A stretch of DNA of 64,000 nucleotides. Source: Convolutriloba macropyga (Eukaryota). Positions 48,163 through 60,355 of the stretch are shown in pieces (the stretch's first letter is position 1; each line of letters opens with the position of its first letter). Below the pieces are notes generated by a model. It ran no database searches and was not told the origin of the DNA. It worked only from the letters and a program-made list of their open reading frames with translations. A program made the position numbers and the translations under genes. The stretch lies in the NCBI RefSeq assembly GCF_964194025.1, contig NC_134476.1, forward strand, positions 23,808,001-23,872,000, written 5' to 3'.

Positions 48163-49284
48163 TTTCTGAATCTTAAAAATATGATCCCCATCTTCCACCC
48201 TAATGCTAGCATCTCTTAGCCCCAGCTGGCTACTGCCGAAGCTAACTGCTCGCCGTCGTTTGAGAGCAAGTCGCCCGACGTTCATCGGTTACGTTTGTCT
48301 TAGTTTTGACTGCATCTGTTATGATTTAAATTGGTGCGTATGTTTTCTAAAGATGTTTATATTTTCTATTTGCTTGATGAATGATGAAGGAAATGTATAC
48401 CTGATCATCTGTTCTAATTGGAAGAGCAGAATTATCTCTGCAGCATCCTGCTGATTCTGATGTCTTTTAAATTGACAAGAATTTTTTGATATTGTTTTCT
48501 TGCCTTAAGTTTTTTGAGGGGTTCACAACTTCATAAAGTGAAATCATGTATGCTTTGTAAAACCTAGCATACGTTTCAACTGATAAACATAGCACATGCA
48601 AACAATAGATTTAAGCTAAATCTATTGAATGATCTATGGACCTCCTTTCGGAACTGTCACTTGCTGCTATTTGTTCTGCAAGTGGATCTCGAGCTTGAAT
48701 TCTAATCGTTTATATTGAATACATGATCCAGTTTTTAATTAAAAGTTATTTTTTAATTCGTCTTATTTCTCAGTCATCTCTTTCGTAAAAATAATGGATT
48801 ACTAATTTCAATTTTGAGGGACGTCCAAGCAGCTCAGCGGACGTTTTGCTTGAAGAAGCCAAGACAAAAAACTTATATACACAAAAATTGTTCAAATGCC
48901 ATCTGCAAGCTCCCTCCCAGTTGACAGAAATTTGCTAAATTGGGAGGCAAAGAAACCCATTTCGTTGTCAATAATAGTTTAGTGGCATAATAATGTTCAC
49001 CAATTTTTGTCTGATTTATATTTTACTGTTCAATCTTCTTAAACATATGGTGTTTAGTCTGAAATGTAGGGAACTATGCGTCGTTGGTATCTGAAAAATA
49101 ATATATCAATTATTTTTACTAGCGTACAGCTAGTCACTTTATATTTCTGAGAAGAAGGAAATCCAAGAATCCTATGATCCCTTAATTGTCATAAGTGTCA
49201 CTAGAACCCACATTTTTATTACTACTCTGAATTGAATTTTTTTGTTGCTGTAAGTCATTAATTGCTCTACGAATTTTGAAGCAA

Positions 49285-52200
49285 TTATTGTTCCGACCCC
49301 ACTTGTGGGGGAAGGAACTATATACTCAAATGGGTTTTTTTTTTTTGTTCAGTGAATTTTGGCCGATCGATATATTCGTCGTAGAGAAATGTGAGTGGTA
49401 TCATTAAAAAGCTGGTCCAGCGTAGAATTCAAAAGTAAAAAGATTTTTTTGAATTTCGTTTTTTTCGAGGAGTTATCGAGGATTGAAGTTTTGTGTGAAC
49501 AATGGGATCTTTAGCATGATTGTTCATTTTTAGTACAATTTTCTTCAAACTAAGATCTTTTTTACGAAAACATTAATTCAAATTTCTATAAAAAGAATAA
49601 ATTTTGAGTTCGTAAAAGTTGAATGCAAGGCGATAGAAAGACTAGTTCTGGTCTCATAGGGAAGTTCACTATCAAAAAAAAATCGAACTCTAATTGAGAG
49701 CCCTTTTTTTAATAAAACTTTTCTCTTTTTTGCTTTTTTAAGTCACCTAGAGACAAGTCACATTTTATATCGACGTTCTATTAATGACAAAACTCCTTTA
49801 TAGTCGAATGAAGCGCAATGAACAAAAAACGTCGTTTTCAAGGAATTGCTCATGTTTTTTTTGGCTTCGATTCTGAGTTTTCGTAATTTTGAATGAAATT
49901 TTGAATTTCTTTTTGAAGTTTTACTATTTTTTTTGGAGTCCTATGGTAGGGATTCATTGACTAACAGTGCAATATGTTCCATAATGAGCATTAAGTGAAC
50001 ATGTCTATTTCATTGAGGGGGCGGCTAATGGCTGTTAAGACTTAAAAAATAATTTTTCGAATTTTTTTTTGAATATTAAAGAATCATAATCTTATTATAG
50101 TGAATTGTAAGTCAGTCCAGGGGTGAGAGCACCCTCTTCCTTCCTACTGCAACCAAAATTAAACTGGTTAGCGGTTTTATCTTCTATCTATTGGTTATAT
50201 GACTTCAATGACAAAAAATTTCAATTTTTTAAAATTTTTTTTGGATTTTTACGTATTATTGGTTACTTTTGAAATCTTATCACATTATCCAAATATTGAC
50301 AGTTCCCATTAGCTTAAAAACGATGTTCTGTGGATGACCAATAAAAATTTTAAACAAAAATTTATGGTTTAAATGGCTTCGACACGTTCTTCTTGCACTT
50401 TTCTACTGATTTTTTGGTTTTCTCCTGTTTTTTTTTGTTGTTTTAATAGTCATTATACTTACTGTGATCTCATAATGAATACCTATGCATGACAAACATA
50501 AGTGTACTGCCACCGGGGCATCTTTGAGCGTTTTTATTGATTTCCGTTGAAAGCTATTGAATTTAATGTCTTAAAATAAAAATCATTTTTCGAAAATTTT
50601 ATTTGAACAATAACAATTCCTAAATTTTTCTTGAACTGTTAGTGAGTTTCAGTATTGACTGGACCCACTTGCTTTTTACTGCGACTAAAAATATTCTGTT
50701 TAGCTGTTTTATCTTCTAGCTATTGGTTATATGACTTCAATGACAAAGATTTCAATTTTTTTAAATTTTTTTTTTGGATTTTTTGAATTATTGGTCACTT
50801 TTGAACTCTTTATCACATTATCCAAAGATTATTGTAATCCAATTGGCTTAGAGAGGACGTTCAGTGGATCACAGAGAAAGTTTTCAGAGAATAGCTAATG
50901 GTTTAATTGTCTTCGACACTTTCTTCTCGCATTTTTCTACTGAATTTTAGTTTTTGCTGTTTTTGTTATTGTTTTCTGTCATAGGACTTATTGTGATGTC
51001 TTTTTAACTATCTATGCATGACAGACATCATTTTCCTCCCTATGGGTTATATCTGAGCATCGTCATTGAGCTCCGATGAAAGATTGAGTTTACTGGCTGT
51101 TAAGGGTTTAAAATTTTTCGAAACTTTTTTGAAATTCAACCATTCCTAATTTTTTTTCGTGAATACTCTTGGTCATTGTTGGTTCTAACAGAATCCATTT
51201 CCGTTCTACTATAGCCAAAATTAATCTGGTTAGCGGTTTTATCTTCTACCTATTAGTTTTAAAACATCAATGCCACGAGAATTCATATTTTTTTTGGGTA
51301 CTTTATTTTGTTTTTCGATCCTTTTGAAATCTTATCACATCATCTTACTGCTGAGAGTCCCTATTGGTTTAGGGAAGAAGTTCAACGGATAATAAATAAA
51401 GTTTTCAGGGAAGAGCTTATGATTTGAGTTGCTTCGACATTTTCTTCAGGCACTTTTCTACTGAATTTGTGGTTTTTGCCTCTCTCTGTTGTTGTTTTCA
51501 TAGTCATTAACTTGTTGTAAGGTCTTATTGATGAAATACGATTGGCAAAAAAACTTATTGTCCCCTCGAGGCATCATTTATTGTATATACTGGCTTCCGT
51601 TGAAGGCTAATGAATTTAATGGCGTTGATAATACGTGTTTTCCCGCAATTTTCGTGCGTCTAATGTATTTGTTTATATTTGTTGATTTTTTGAAATTATA
51701 TTGATAAAAAAGGTTTTCCCATTGCTCCTGAAAAATTAATTTAAAATTGAAGAGTGTTTAGTGAAAAGTTCATTTTTTTAATGCCTTCGACCCTTTTGTC
51801 GCTCAATTTTTTTTCCTGAATTCGCTGTTTTTGTTCTTTAGGTAGCCGTAAATTGCTCACAGATCTCATAGGCTTGTAATTGAGGACTGAATGAATGATG
51901 TTGCTCGAAACATTCAGTATATAGCGAATAGGTTCCTTTCGTCAAATTTAACTTCTATTCATCAATCAGATGTCCCATCGAATTTCGTGTATTTCAAGAA
52001 ATAACATATATATTGATATTATGTGCCACTGTTGTTTCGTTTTTCTGAACGTTTATTGAATGGCCATTTTTTGCGTTTCTTTTTCTCTTCCTTCAGAACA
52101 ATCGCGTAATAACAGATCCCAATGGTTTTTAAATGTGGCCCAAGTAAACTTATTTAATCTTTCAGTATAAATCCTTCAACTGAAATAGCAGAAATAACAA

Positions 52201-52857
52201 CTGAATTAAAAATACATATTCAGATGATAGGTATTGATTTTAATGGTAGCAAAGGTTTGTGTTTTCGCAAATCGTTTGTAATTTTTTGAGTTTCTCTTTA
52301 GTTTGTTTCTATGGCATAGTCTGACCACAGACGGGTGCTCTTGGTTTTGTAATGACTTTTTAGTAATTTATCAAGGATTTTTTTATTAAAAACCAATGTT
52401 TTTTAAGATTTTTGAATTTTCTTGGTGCAAAAAATGTTGATTAATTTTTAAGTTTCGCCTCACTGTTCGTTCTTTTTGTCGGCTTGTTACCTAGTCTCGT
52501 TAAGAAAACTTTTCATCTGCTGTATAGTTAGTAAAAGGTAAACTTGTGTAGTTAAGGTTTTATCTGACTGCATTTTGACGTTGTTACCAGGTGCTTTTAA
52601 ATTTAGATATTCATTTTTTGCCGCCAAAATTTTGTTGGTGCTATTTTTTTTCTAGTCTCTTCAATGTCAGGTCACGTTGGTGCTGTAATGAAGCATGGCA
52701 TTAGTAATTCAATTAGTAGATAGAATGTGTAACGATTGTTTTAAACTCAAACATCTATTTTTGTTATCTCTTGATTTGGTTGACATTTTAGTCAAAAATG
52801 TAGATGAGCTCGGGTCGGAACATCATGTGCGAACGCACATTAACGAGCCGCCTTGTT
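49285..52857 (+). mobile_element. HINE-like element, family 1, divergent subfamily with an internal about 530-bp higher-order repeat
   Basis: 5' TTGTTCCGACCCCACTTGTGGGG and the family-1 core; 3' GGGTCGGAAC-ATCA-TGTGCG-AA-CGCACA...CCTTGTT. Confidence 0.75.
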
Positions 52858-53690
52858 GTAAAAGTGTGTCTTTTATTACTCGCAGAGGAGTATTGGTATA
52901 ACACATGATTTTTTAGCGGAAGCAGCTTTGTTTACGACCTGAACTTGATTTCTTTGTTCTTGAACTTCAACAGTAGCGTAACTTCTAATGTATAGTAATT
53001 GGGAATTGTTGTTATTGTTCAAGGTCGAATGGTTATTTTCAGCAATTACAATTCAACCTCCCTTATGCCCCTTCCCCCACCTACGTACCCATTCTCCAGT
53101 TTTGTAATGCAGTTAATTTTGTTCTATATTTCTGATATAGATAGGGTTAGTTTAGAGTTTAGAGTTTATATTGCACGACTTTGAGGCATTTCCGGTATTT
53201 TACCGGCTTTTTTTCTACTCAAAATTTTGCCTGACTGTTTGGTTCGATTTCTCTTCCCGAGAATTTTTGTCACGCTTTACTACTTGATGTTGTGTGGCCT
53301 AAATTGCACTCATTGCGAAATTAAGTGTTTGTATTTTTAAAAAAGCTATTGTATGATATGGTATTACAAGGCTTTGGGGTGACAGAACAAGGCTCAACGT
53401 CGGAGGTCGCGGTTTACAATTTATGTGGACTACAGCCCTCTGAAATAAATTGCCCTACCTGTCGTTCGAGAGCAATTTGTTCGACGTTAGTCGGTTTATA
53501 TATACTCCTCCATCAGCTCACTGCAAGTTGAAAGTCAACAAGATGACACATGCCAGTCTGTGTGGCAAAAGAAACAAAATTCGTTTATATTGAGCCGCCG
53601 TGATTCCGGAATTGTAGCGTTGTTTAGAAATTTTTACTTTTGAGATGCCGAGGAAACGAATGAACAAATAGCATTGTTTTTATAATTAAG

Positions 53691-53724
53691 GACAAAAAAG
53701 TCGTCGGACAAAAAAGTCGTCGGA
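53691..53724 (+). repeat. 16-bp tandem duplication GACAAAAAAGTCGTCG x2
   Basis: Seen directly. Confidence 0.8.
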
Positions 53725-54842
53725 TCTTCACCACTAAAAAAATCAATTTTGCAACTTCAAAACAGTCTAGTGGTTGTTTTCACATACAAAGTAGCTGAAT
53801 TAAAAAGCAGAATAAAAAGAATTAAGAGCAATTTACTTGTTGTTAAGTTACCATAGCTTGATCATAACAAAAACTATATCAGAACCTTCGTATTTCCATA
53901 TACTTGTTTGTGATAACTTGGTTGCGCTATTAATGTCTCGAAATTTTCAAAACAGCTAGAAAATTCTATCTTACTGCCGTAAAAATATTGTTGAAAACAA
54001 ATCAGAAAGCAAATTGTGTGATTACCAATGAGTTCAAAGAAACATTCCAATCATTTTAGAAATTTTATGGGGGAAGTTTTCTTAACTCTGCATTTGTTTC
54101 TCATATCTCATCTCTTAATTTGAAAACAATCTCGTTTAGCTTCTTGAATATTAGAATGTCTTACAAGGGAATATTATTCGTGTAAATTTAACGCATAAAG
54201 GCTTTTACTTACATTTTTTTTGTTATTTAGAAAAACTGGTTATCATTTTCTTTGTGTCAAAGCTATTTTTTTCTTGAGACGCTAGAGGATATCTAATGAT
54301 AGATACTACTACTGATAGAGTTATGAGCTTCCAGTTTCAACGTGACTTTTTTTCTCGTCTGCTGAGTATTGTTTAATACCAATTTTAGCAGTCCTTACGG
54401 AGGTTGCTACGCCCCCTCTGGTTTCTTTTTTGGGTCCCCACGTTTTTTTGTAGCAATATTTTATTTAGAAAAGTTAAAACACTGGCCTTGATATTTTTCC
54501 ATTTTTTGAATTTCAAATTCTCGAAGAGTGCGAAAAATTTTTGAACGCTTGGAATTTGAAATTGTTTTTCAATGAACTATGTGGTTATTTCTTTCTTACC
54601 TGTTTGGGTTGTCTTCGTTCGTTTAGTTGTTTTCATTCGTGCGAGAGAATGTTTGTTTGTTTTGTGTTTGTGTGTGTGACGGGTAAGAGAACAGCTTTTT
54701 GTGTAAAGTCCAGTTGATGTAAAATCTATATTTGAGCTTTTAAATGTGTTCACATGCGTATCTGTTTGTGTTTGCGAGAATGGTTTATTTCGTATTTATT
54801 GGAAATTACTTTTGCTCTACCGATACTTTAATATGGTGCCTC

Positions 54843-57478
54843 ATTGTTCCGACCCCTCTTGAGGTGGGAGGAACTATATACTCAAATGGGTTTTTTTGTT
54901 CAGTCAATTTTGGCCGATCGATATATTCATCGTAGAGAGTTGAGACTGGTATCATTAGAAAGCTTGTCCAGCGTAGAATATGGAATTAAAAAGATTTTTT
55001 GAATTTCGTTGTTTACGGGGAGTTATCGAGGTTTAAACTTTTGAGGAAATAGAGTGAATTCCGTTTATTTTATTCACATTTGCGGGAATTTTTTACTAAA
55101 ATTTCGCTAATTTTGCTGAAATTTGGAAGAAAGTGTTGTTGATTTTATTTTTAGAGACAAAAATATTTTCGTCTATTTTGCTCTTATTTTTTTGTCAAAA
55201 ATTCTGGCTAAATATTTCAAAATTCAGACTTTTTGATCAAAAACAGCACGAAATAAGTTTCTTTGGTCGACTTTGATTAAATTTGCAGTATACACCTAAA
55301 CACCACTAACGCAATCTTCGTAGACTCAGTTGGGAGCTATTTCTACGTCAACTTCCGTTGCGAGTGCTCCATAAATGAAACATTGCCGGTTTTTGCTAAC
55401 TTTCCTCGTAGATTATCAAAAACGCAGCTTTCATTTTTGATTTTTACTAACAATATATCTATATCCATAAAATTTGAAAAATTAAGTGCTCTTAATTGGA
55501 GAACAGTATTAACAGAGCTCATTTTGGACCAATCTTGGACTGTTACAGTTGAAAAATAATTGGGATTGTAATCAGTCCGTCTTTTTTTATAAAATAAAAT
55601 CGACCTCTTTTATATTTTAATTAAATAAGAGAGCATTTCAAATCAAAGCTCGTTAGTGATAGGTCCAAATTGCTTCCTAATTGGCTCCCAATTATTGTAT
55701 CTAGTTTATTACTTGAAAGCCTATGGTCGTTTTGATTTTTAAAATAAAAATGATTTTTAAACAAACTCTTATTGAATTTTGCCTGAATTTTGCTCTTATC
55801 TTGGTCCACTTTTAGCTTAGTGTCCGCAATGAAAGAATGGTTCTTCTTCCTAGTAAATTTGAGTTCAGTCTTTATTGCGGTTTTACACTTTAAGTTATGG
55901 TTTTCTGGCTTTGACACTAATAGATTTCACAGTTTTTTATTTTCAGTCATTTGCCCATTTTTGACGTTTTCTATTTTTGTCACATTATCACGCTATTGAC
56001 AGTTCTTATATCAGATTATTGGCAATCAAAATAAAGCACAATAAATAATATTAAAATACTAGAGGATATAGGCTCTATTTTTAACGGCTTCGACAATACT
56101 TTCTCGAAGAATTAAATTGAATTTTTTAATTTTGTCTTAAACTGTCGTTTCTACTTTGTCCCTTTAATCGCATGAAATTTCCTGTACAGTTACCAGGTTT
56201 CATTGACTTTCATGGAAGAATAGATGGGCAAATATTCTGATATTAGTAGGTAGCTGATGGCGTTCATGACTTTGAAAACATTTGTTTTCCAAAAATAAAA
56301 AAAAAACACTTTTTAGCTTCGCAATTTTGTTCCTTTTATTGTTTTTGTTCTCCTAGTCTCGTTAATTACAGGCCAAGTATGACAATATTGTTGTCAAGAT
56401 AAGGTGTCAAAGGAATTGGTGTCACAAAATCTAATGTTTTCAAAGAATTCGTTATGACTATTTTTGCTTCTACACGGATTTTTCAGAAAAAAATTTAAAA
56501 ATATTTCGATTTTAGTCATATTTTACGTTCTCTTTGTACACGTAGGATATAAATTAAAAGGTCTCATGGGCTGAAAAATTGAAGGTCTCCTTTGGAAGAA
56601 TAAACGAACCTATTTAATCATTTCGTTTTGTAATTAATGGCTTTCATGTCTATGGAAATAATTTTTTTTCAAAAATAAAAAAAACAAGTTTTTTTTTAAT
56701 TTTGCTTTTTTTTGTTGTCGACTTGTTACCTGGGTTCATTAATGAGAGGTCACATATTACATTATCGGTGTTTGAATAAGGTGCAATCAAACATATTTTG
56801 AGGTATGGGTTTGCGGCTTCGAAAGCGTTTTCTGGCAAAATTTAATTGATTTTTTGTTGTCTATTATTTGTTGTTCTTTTTGTAACCGCATAAAAATTGA
56901 ATAACGACAGCTCTTAATTCTCATCTTTAGAAACACTGGGAATCGTAAAACTTTGCGTCATTTTATTTGATTTCTAATGGTTTTCCTTACTTTGAAATTA
57001 ATTGTTTTAAAAAGAAATAAGCGAATTTTTCAAATTAACTGTTTTCAATCTTTATTGTCTATTTGTTACAAGCCTTATTATGGACTGCTCCCTTATCTTA
57101 TCTGGTGAATAACAAGTTATTTTGTTTAGTTTCAGTTTTATCTAACGCTATTTTGACTTCGCTATTAAGTTTTGTTTTTAAAACTGACTTAATATTTTTG
57201 ATGTAATTAATGTTTGATGTTGTTTGATTTTGCTGTTTGTCTTGATTCGCTTTCTTAATATTGGCATATTTCGTGAATATAATGCATCATTTTGTGCTCC
57301 ACTGAGTTATTTGCTTTGGGGGCTATCTTTTTGTTCATACACCATTTTTTTTTTGAAAAATACTTGAAATTTGGGGGTTTTCTATCTGTTCCTCATTTGG
57401 TAGACAATTATGCCGGAATTGTGGATGAGCGGGGTCGGAACCTTATGTGCGATCGCACGTTACCGAGCCTCCTTGTTT
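54843..57478 (+). mobile_element. HINE-like element, family 1, copy c (complete)
   Basis: 5' ATTGTTCCGACCCCTCTTGAGG; 3' GGGGTCGGAACCTTAT-GTGCGATCGCAC-GTTACCGAGCCTCCTTGTTT; collinear with 4983-7645. Confidence 0.82.
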
Positions 57479-58379
57479 ATTGATATCATGCACTAAATAT
57501 GCTGTGAACATAATTAAAGAGACGAACGTGGGTATCAAGCGGGTCAACAAATTTGAAATGTTTCTCTGATTGCATTTCTTAGATTGATTGCGAAATTTTT
57601 TTTGCCAATTGCTCAAGCCTTCCGTGAATTTTTTACCTTGTAAGGTATGGAACGATTTTGTGCACGATAGCTATTTTATAAAATATTCAATGACCTTTTT
57701 CTCTGTGTTATTCAATGGTCTCTTTTCTCATTAAAATAAATTGTTATTCTTAGTTTGAGGGCGGCAAATCTTCCCTGTTTAAAATTTATATTTAACAATA
57801 TTTACGAAACCTAGCAAATTGAATATTAATCAGAATTTCAAAATATGTTTTTGTTTGACCCGGCTACAATGATCGATAATTTGATCAGCTTATGTATGCA
57901 TGGAGTCATTTATTCGAAGTGGAAATTTAAACTGCCAGTTTTTGCGTGGAAAATTTTACTGCAGATATTTTGCATGGTAGATTTTGTGTGTAACTATACA
58001 GAGTTTGCCTTCAATCATTAAGTCTTGTATATATTGCAGAACTTTTTTGAACTAATTATGTGAGTAACTTTCAATTTCTTTTCAAATTCGTCAACTGAAA
58101 ATATGGTTTGAGTTACCAATCAATACTGAGCAATTGCCAAAGGTCTCTGTCACCTTACTAATTGGTCTTAAGCAAAGGTTGCTGCAAATATTTAAGTCCT
58201 GCGGGTCTTATCTGTAATTTTTGCTCCTACCGAATCCCTATCTCATCGTTTTTTTTCCTCTGACCATTGGAATTGCGCTACTCCTGTCCTGAGAAATGAG
58301 ATAAACTGGTAAAGCCTGTGGGTATTAAGTCACTGAGGTATTGTCTAGGAGCCCTTCTAGTCTCTATGTATGCGATTCC

Positions 58380-58690
58380 CTAAAACTGCTGAGGAGACTT
58401 GAATTCTTGGTGTAACGGCCATTCGCGCTGACTCCTCTTCAACCCCCTCCTCCTCCTCCGCCGTCGCCGCCGCCGCCTCCTCGTCCTCCTCCCCCTCCCT
58501 CACCGTCAGCTAGCCTGGCTAAGCTGCTCGTTTGAGATCAATTCGTCTGACCTTCGTCAGTTACGGAAATGTTTATTTCTCATCGTTAGCCATTTCTTTT
58601 CGGCTGTTTGCTCTATCGCTTGTTTCTACTACTCATTAAGCCAGACCGTTTTTTTTATTTCGTGAAAGTCCACACAATGAAAAAAGACAA
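58380..58690 (-). pseudogene. Decayed MADF/Myb-SANT-like ORF with a GGA/GGC-repeat insert
   Basis: One minus frame reads DFHEIKKTVWLNE**KQAIEQTAEKKWLTMRNKHFRN*...KRSQREWPLHQEF, with MADF-like Trp spacing and several stops. Confidence 0.4.
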
Positions 58691-59076
58691 CGAAGTCAAA
58701 GTTAGATTGTGTCAATTTATGATTCATCAATTGGGAAGCGTATGCCGTTTTTGATCGTCATTAATTTTAAGTCGTGCATTATTTACCTTCATGCCCGTGA
58801 TATTTTGAGCAATGTTGTAATCAAGAACTTCCTTGTATGGAGATATAAAATATTTTTGTGCTAATTGTAGGCTCGAACGAGCCCTCTTGTTTGCTTGGAC
58901 GTTTTTTCGGGCCGTTCCAAATTCACGTGATTTCGATTTTTAATTTAGGAGAGTGAGTTTGAAAAGTTGGTAATAAGCCAGTTCGTGTCAGCAAATAATG
59001 TCTTTAGATTGAGAAAATGGTATGTTGTTTTTGCCGATGTCACTTGTTTGAAGAAATATCCTGCCATTGAATAGCA

Positions 59077-59267
59077 ATGGTTGTAAGAGTTGCCTGCTTG
59101 CGCGTGATGAAACGAGCCCTGAGACTGGCTAAGAACTGGAACGCAATTGTGGCAACTGAAACTGAGATTGAACGGAGTCATTTGAGAGGTCTGATAGATG
59201 AAGAGTATTCGAAATCTGTTAATGGATTCGTCCAGATTGACACAGAGTATTTGACATTTCTCAATTC
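59077..59267 (+). CDS. Possible first coding exon of an LYR-motif (LYRM1-like) mitochondrial protein
   Basis: MVVRVACLRVMKRALRLAKNWNA...ETEIERSHL resembles the LYRM1 N-terminus as recalled (R..VL.LYR..FRLARKWQA). Acceptor ATAG at 59071-74 and donor GTAAGG at 59268. Confidence 0.4.
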
Positions 59268-59930
59268 GTAAGGCTGTTTCTTTGTTGATTTTTGCAAGCA
59301 TCGATGCATTAGAAATTAACGAAAATTTACGTAAGATGCAGAAAAGTGACAGGCCTGTGTGCTTTCAGAAAATTCAACTGATGATTTTTCAAAAACCTCT
59401 CAATTAAGAGATGAGATATTGTTACATAGACAACACCACCCATTCATATTTTACGAGCTACGCAACTTGGTTTTTATGTGCTATAGTAAAATTCAAGAGT
59501 TAATTTTTCATAGTCCCGGCCAGCGATTACCACAAACAACTGGCTTGAAAATGCTCGCTAAGCTTAGACAACGTACGTTTGTTGTAACGGCTGCTCTCCT
59601 TGTGTTTCACAAAGAAAGTTTTACACCGCCCAGTTCGTTCTGAGTGGTTACAAAATCTGTCCGGATACTTCGTTGATGCAGTTTGCTTTTGTAACTGTAT
59701 ATCCGCTCTGCTGTACTTATCGTTGCATTAACTATTTTAGTTCGTAACTATTCGCTGATCTTAGTTTTTTCAACTATCAATTTGAACTGGATTGCTACAG
59801 ATCACACAATACGGGATCTTTTTATGTATACCAGTTCAATCCGATAGAAAAAACAAATCGAAGACAAAGATATATGTCTAAGACCTGTTTGTGCAAAAAT
59901 ATTTAAATTTAAACCTAAGTTGGCTCTTGC

Positions 59931-60355
59931 TGTTTGTACTCACAAGTTGAGAATACCAGAAGTTGGGGTTGTAACAGTTGAATTTCAGCTCCAATAATTC
60001 GTTGATGCAAGACACAGTAACAGAATTTACTGCTCAAGAATAATATTTTGAATACAAGACACAGTAACAATTTACTGCTCAGGAATTTTTTTAGTTCAAG
60101 ACACAGTAACACGTTATTTACTGCTCAAGACAATTTGTTTTTTCAATATTTTGCTGAGTTATACTTTAAGCCGTTTTCTGCGGCTGCTACGTTGAGTTCT
60201 GTGTGTTGCTTTTGTTATTTCCCCCTTTTCTCTTTTTTCTCACGTGACAAACTGTAACTAGAACTAGAACTATAAGTATTAAATGACTAGGACAACAGAA
60301 AGTGTTTTGTTTCTATTTTCCCGCCTACGCAAGCTCAGGGAGCTCAGCTCCAACA
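59931..60355 (-). repeat. Putative 3' LTR of the Bel/Pao element (distal boundary uncertain)
   Basis: On the minus strand, purine-rich GAAAACAGGGCCGGCGA is followed by TGTTGG at 60355, overlapping the ORF end as is usual for Bel/Pao. Candidate ...AAACA end at 59931. Confidence 0.55.

Noticed and set aside
58420-58535. Plus-strand poly-Pro coding exon
   Set aside because: Bounded by stops on both sides with no clear splice sites; the minus-strand MADF-like reading explains the region better.
60001-60135. CRISPR-like spaced repeats
   Set aside because: Only three degenerate copies with short irregular spacers inside a eukaryotic LTR; no cas genes.
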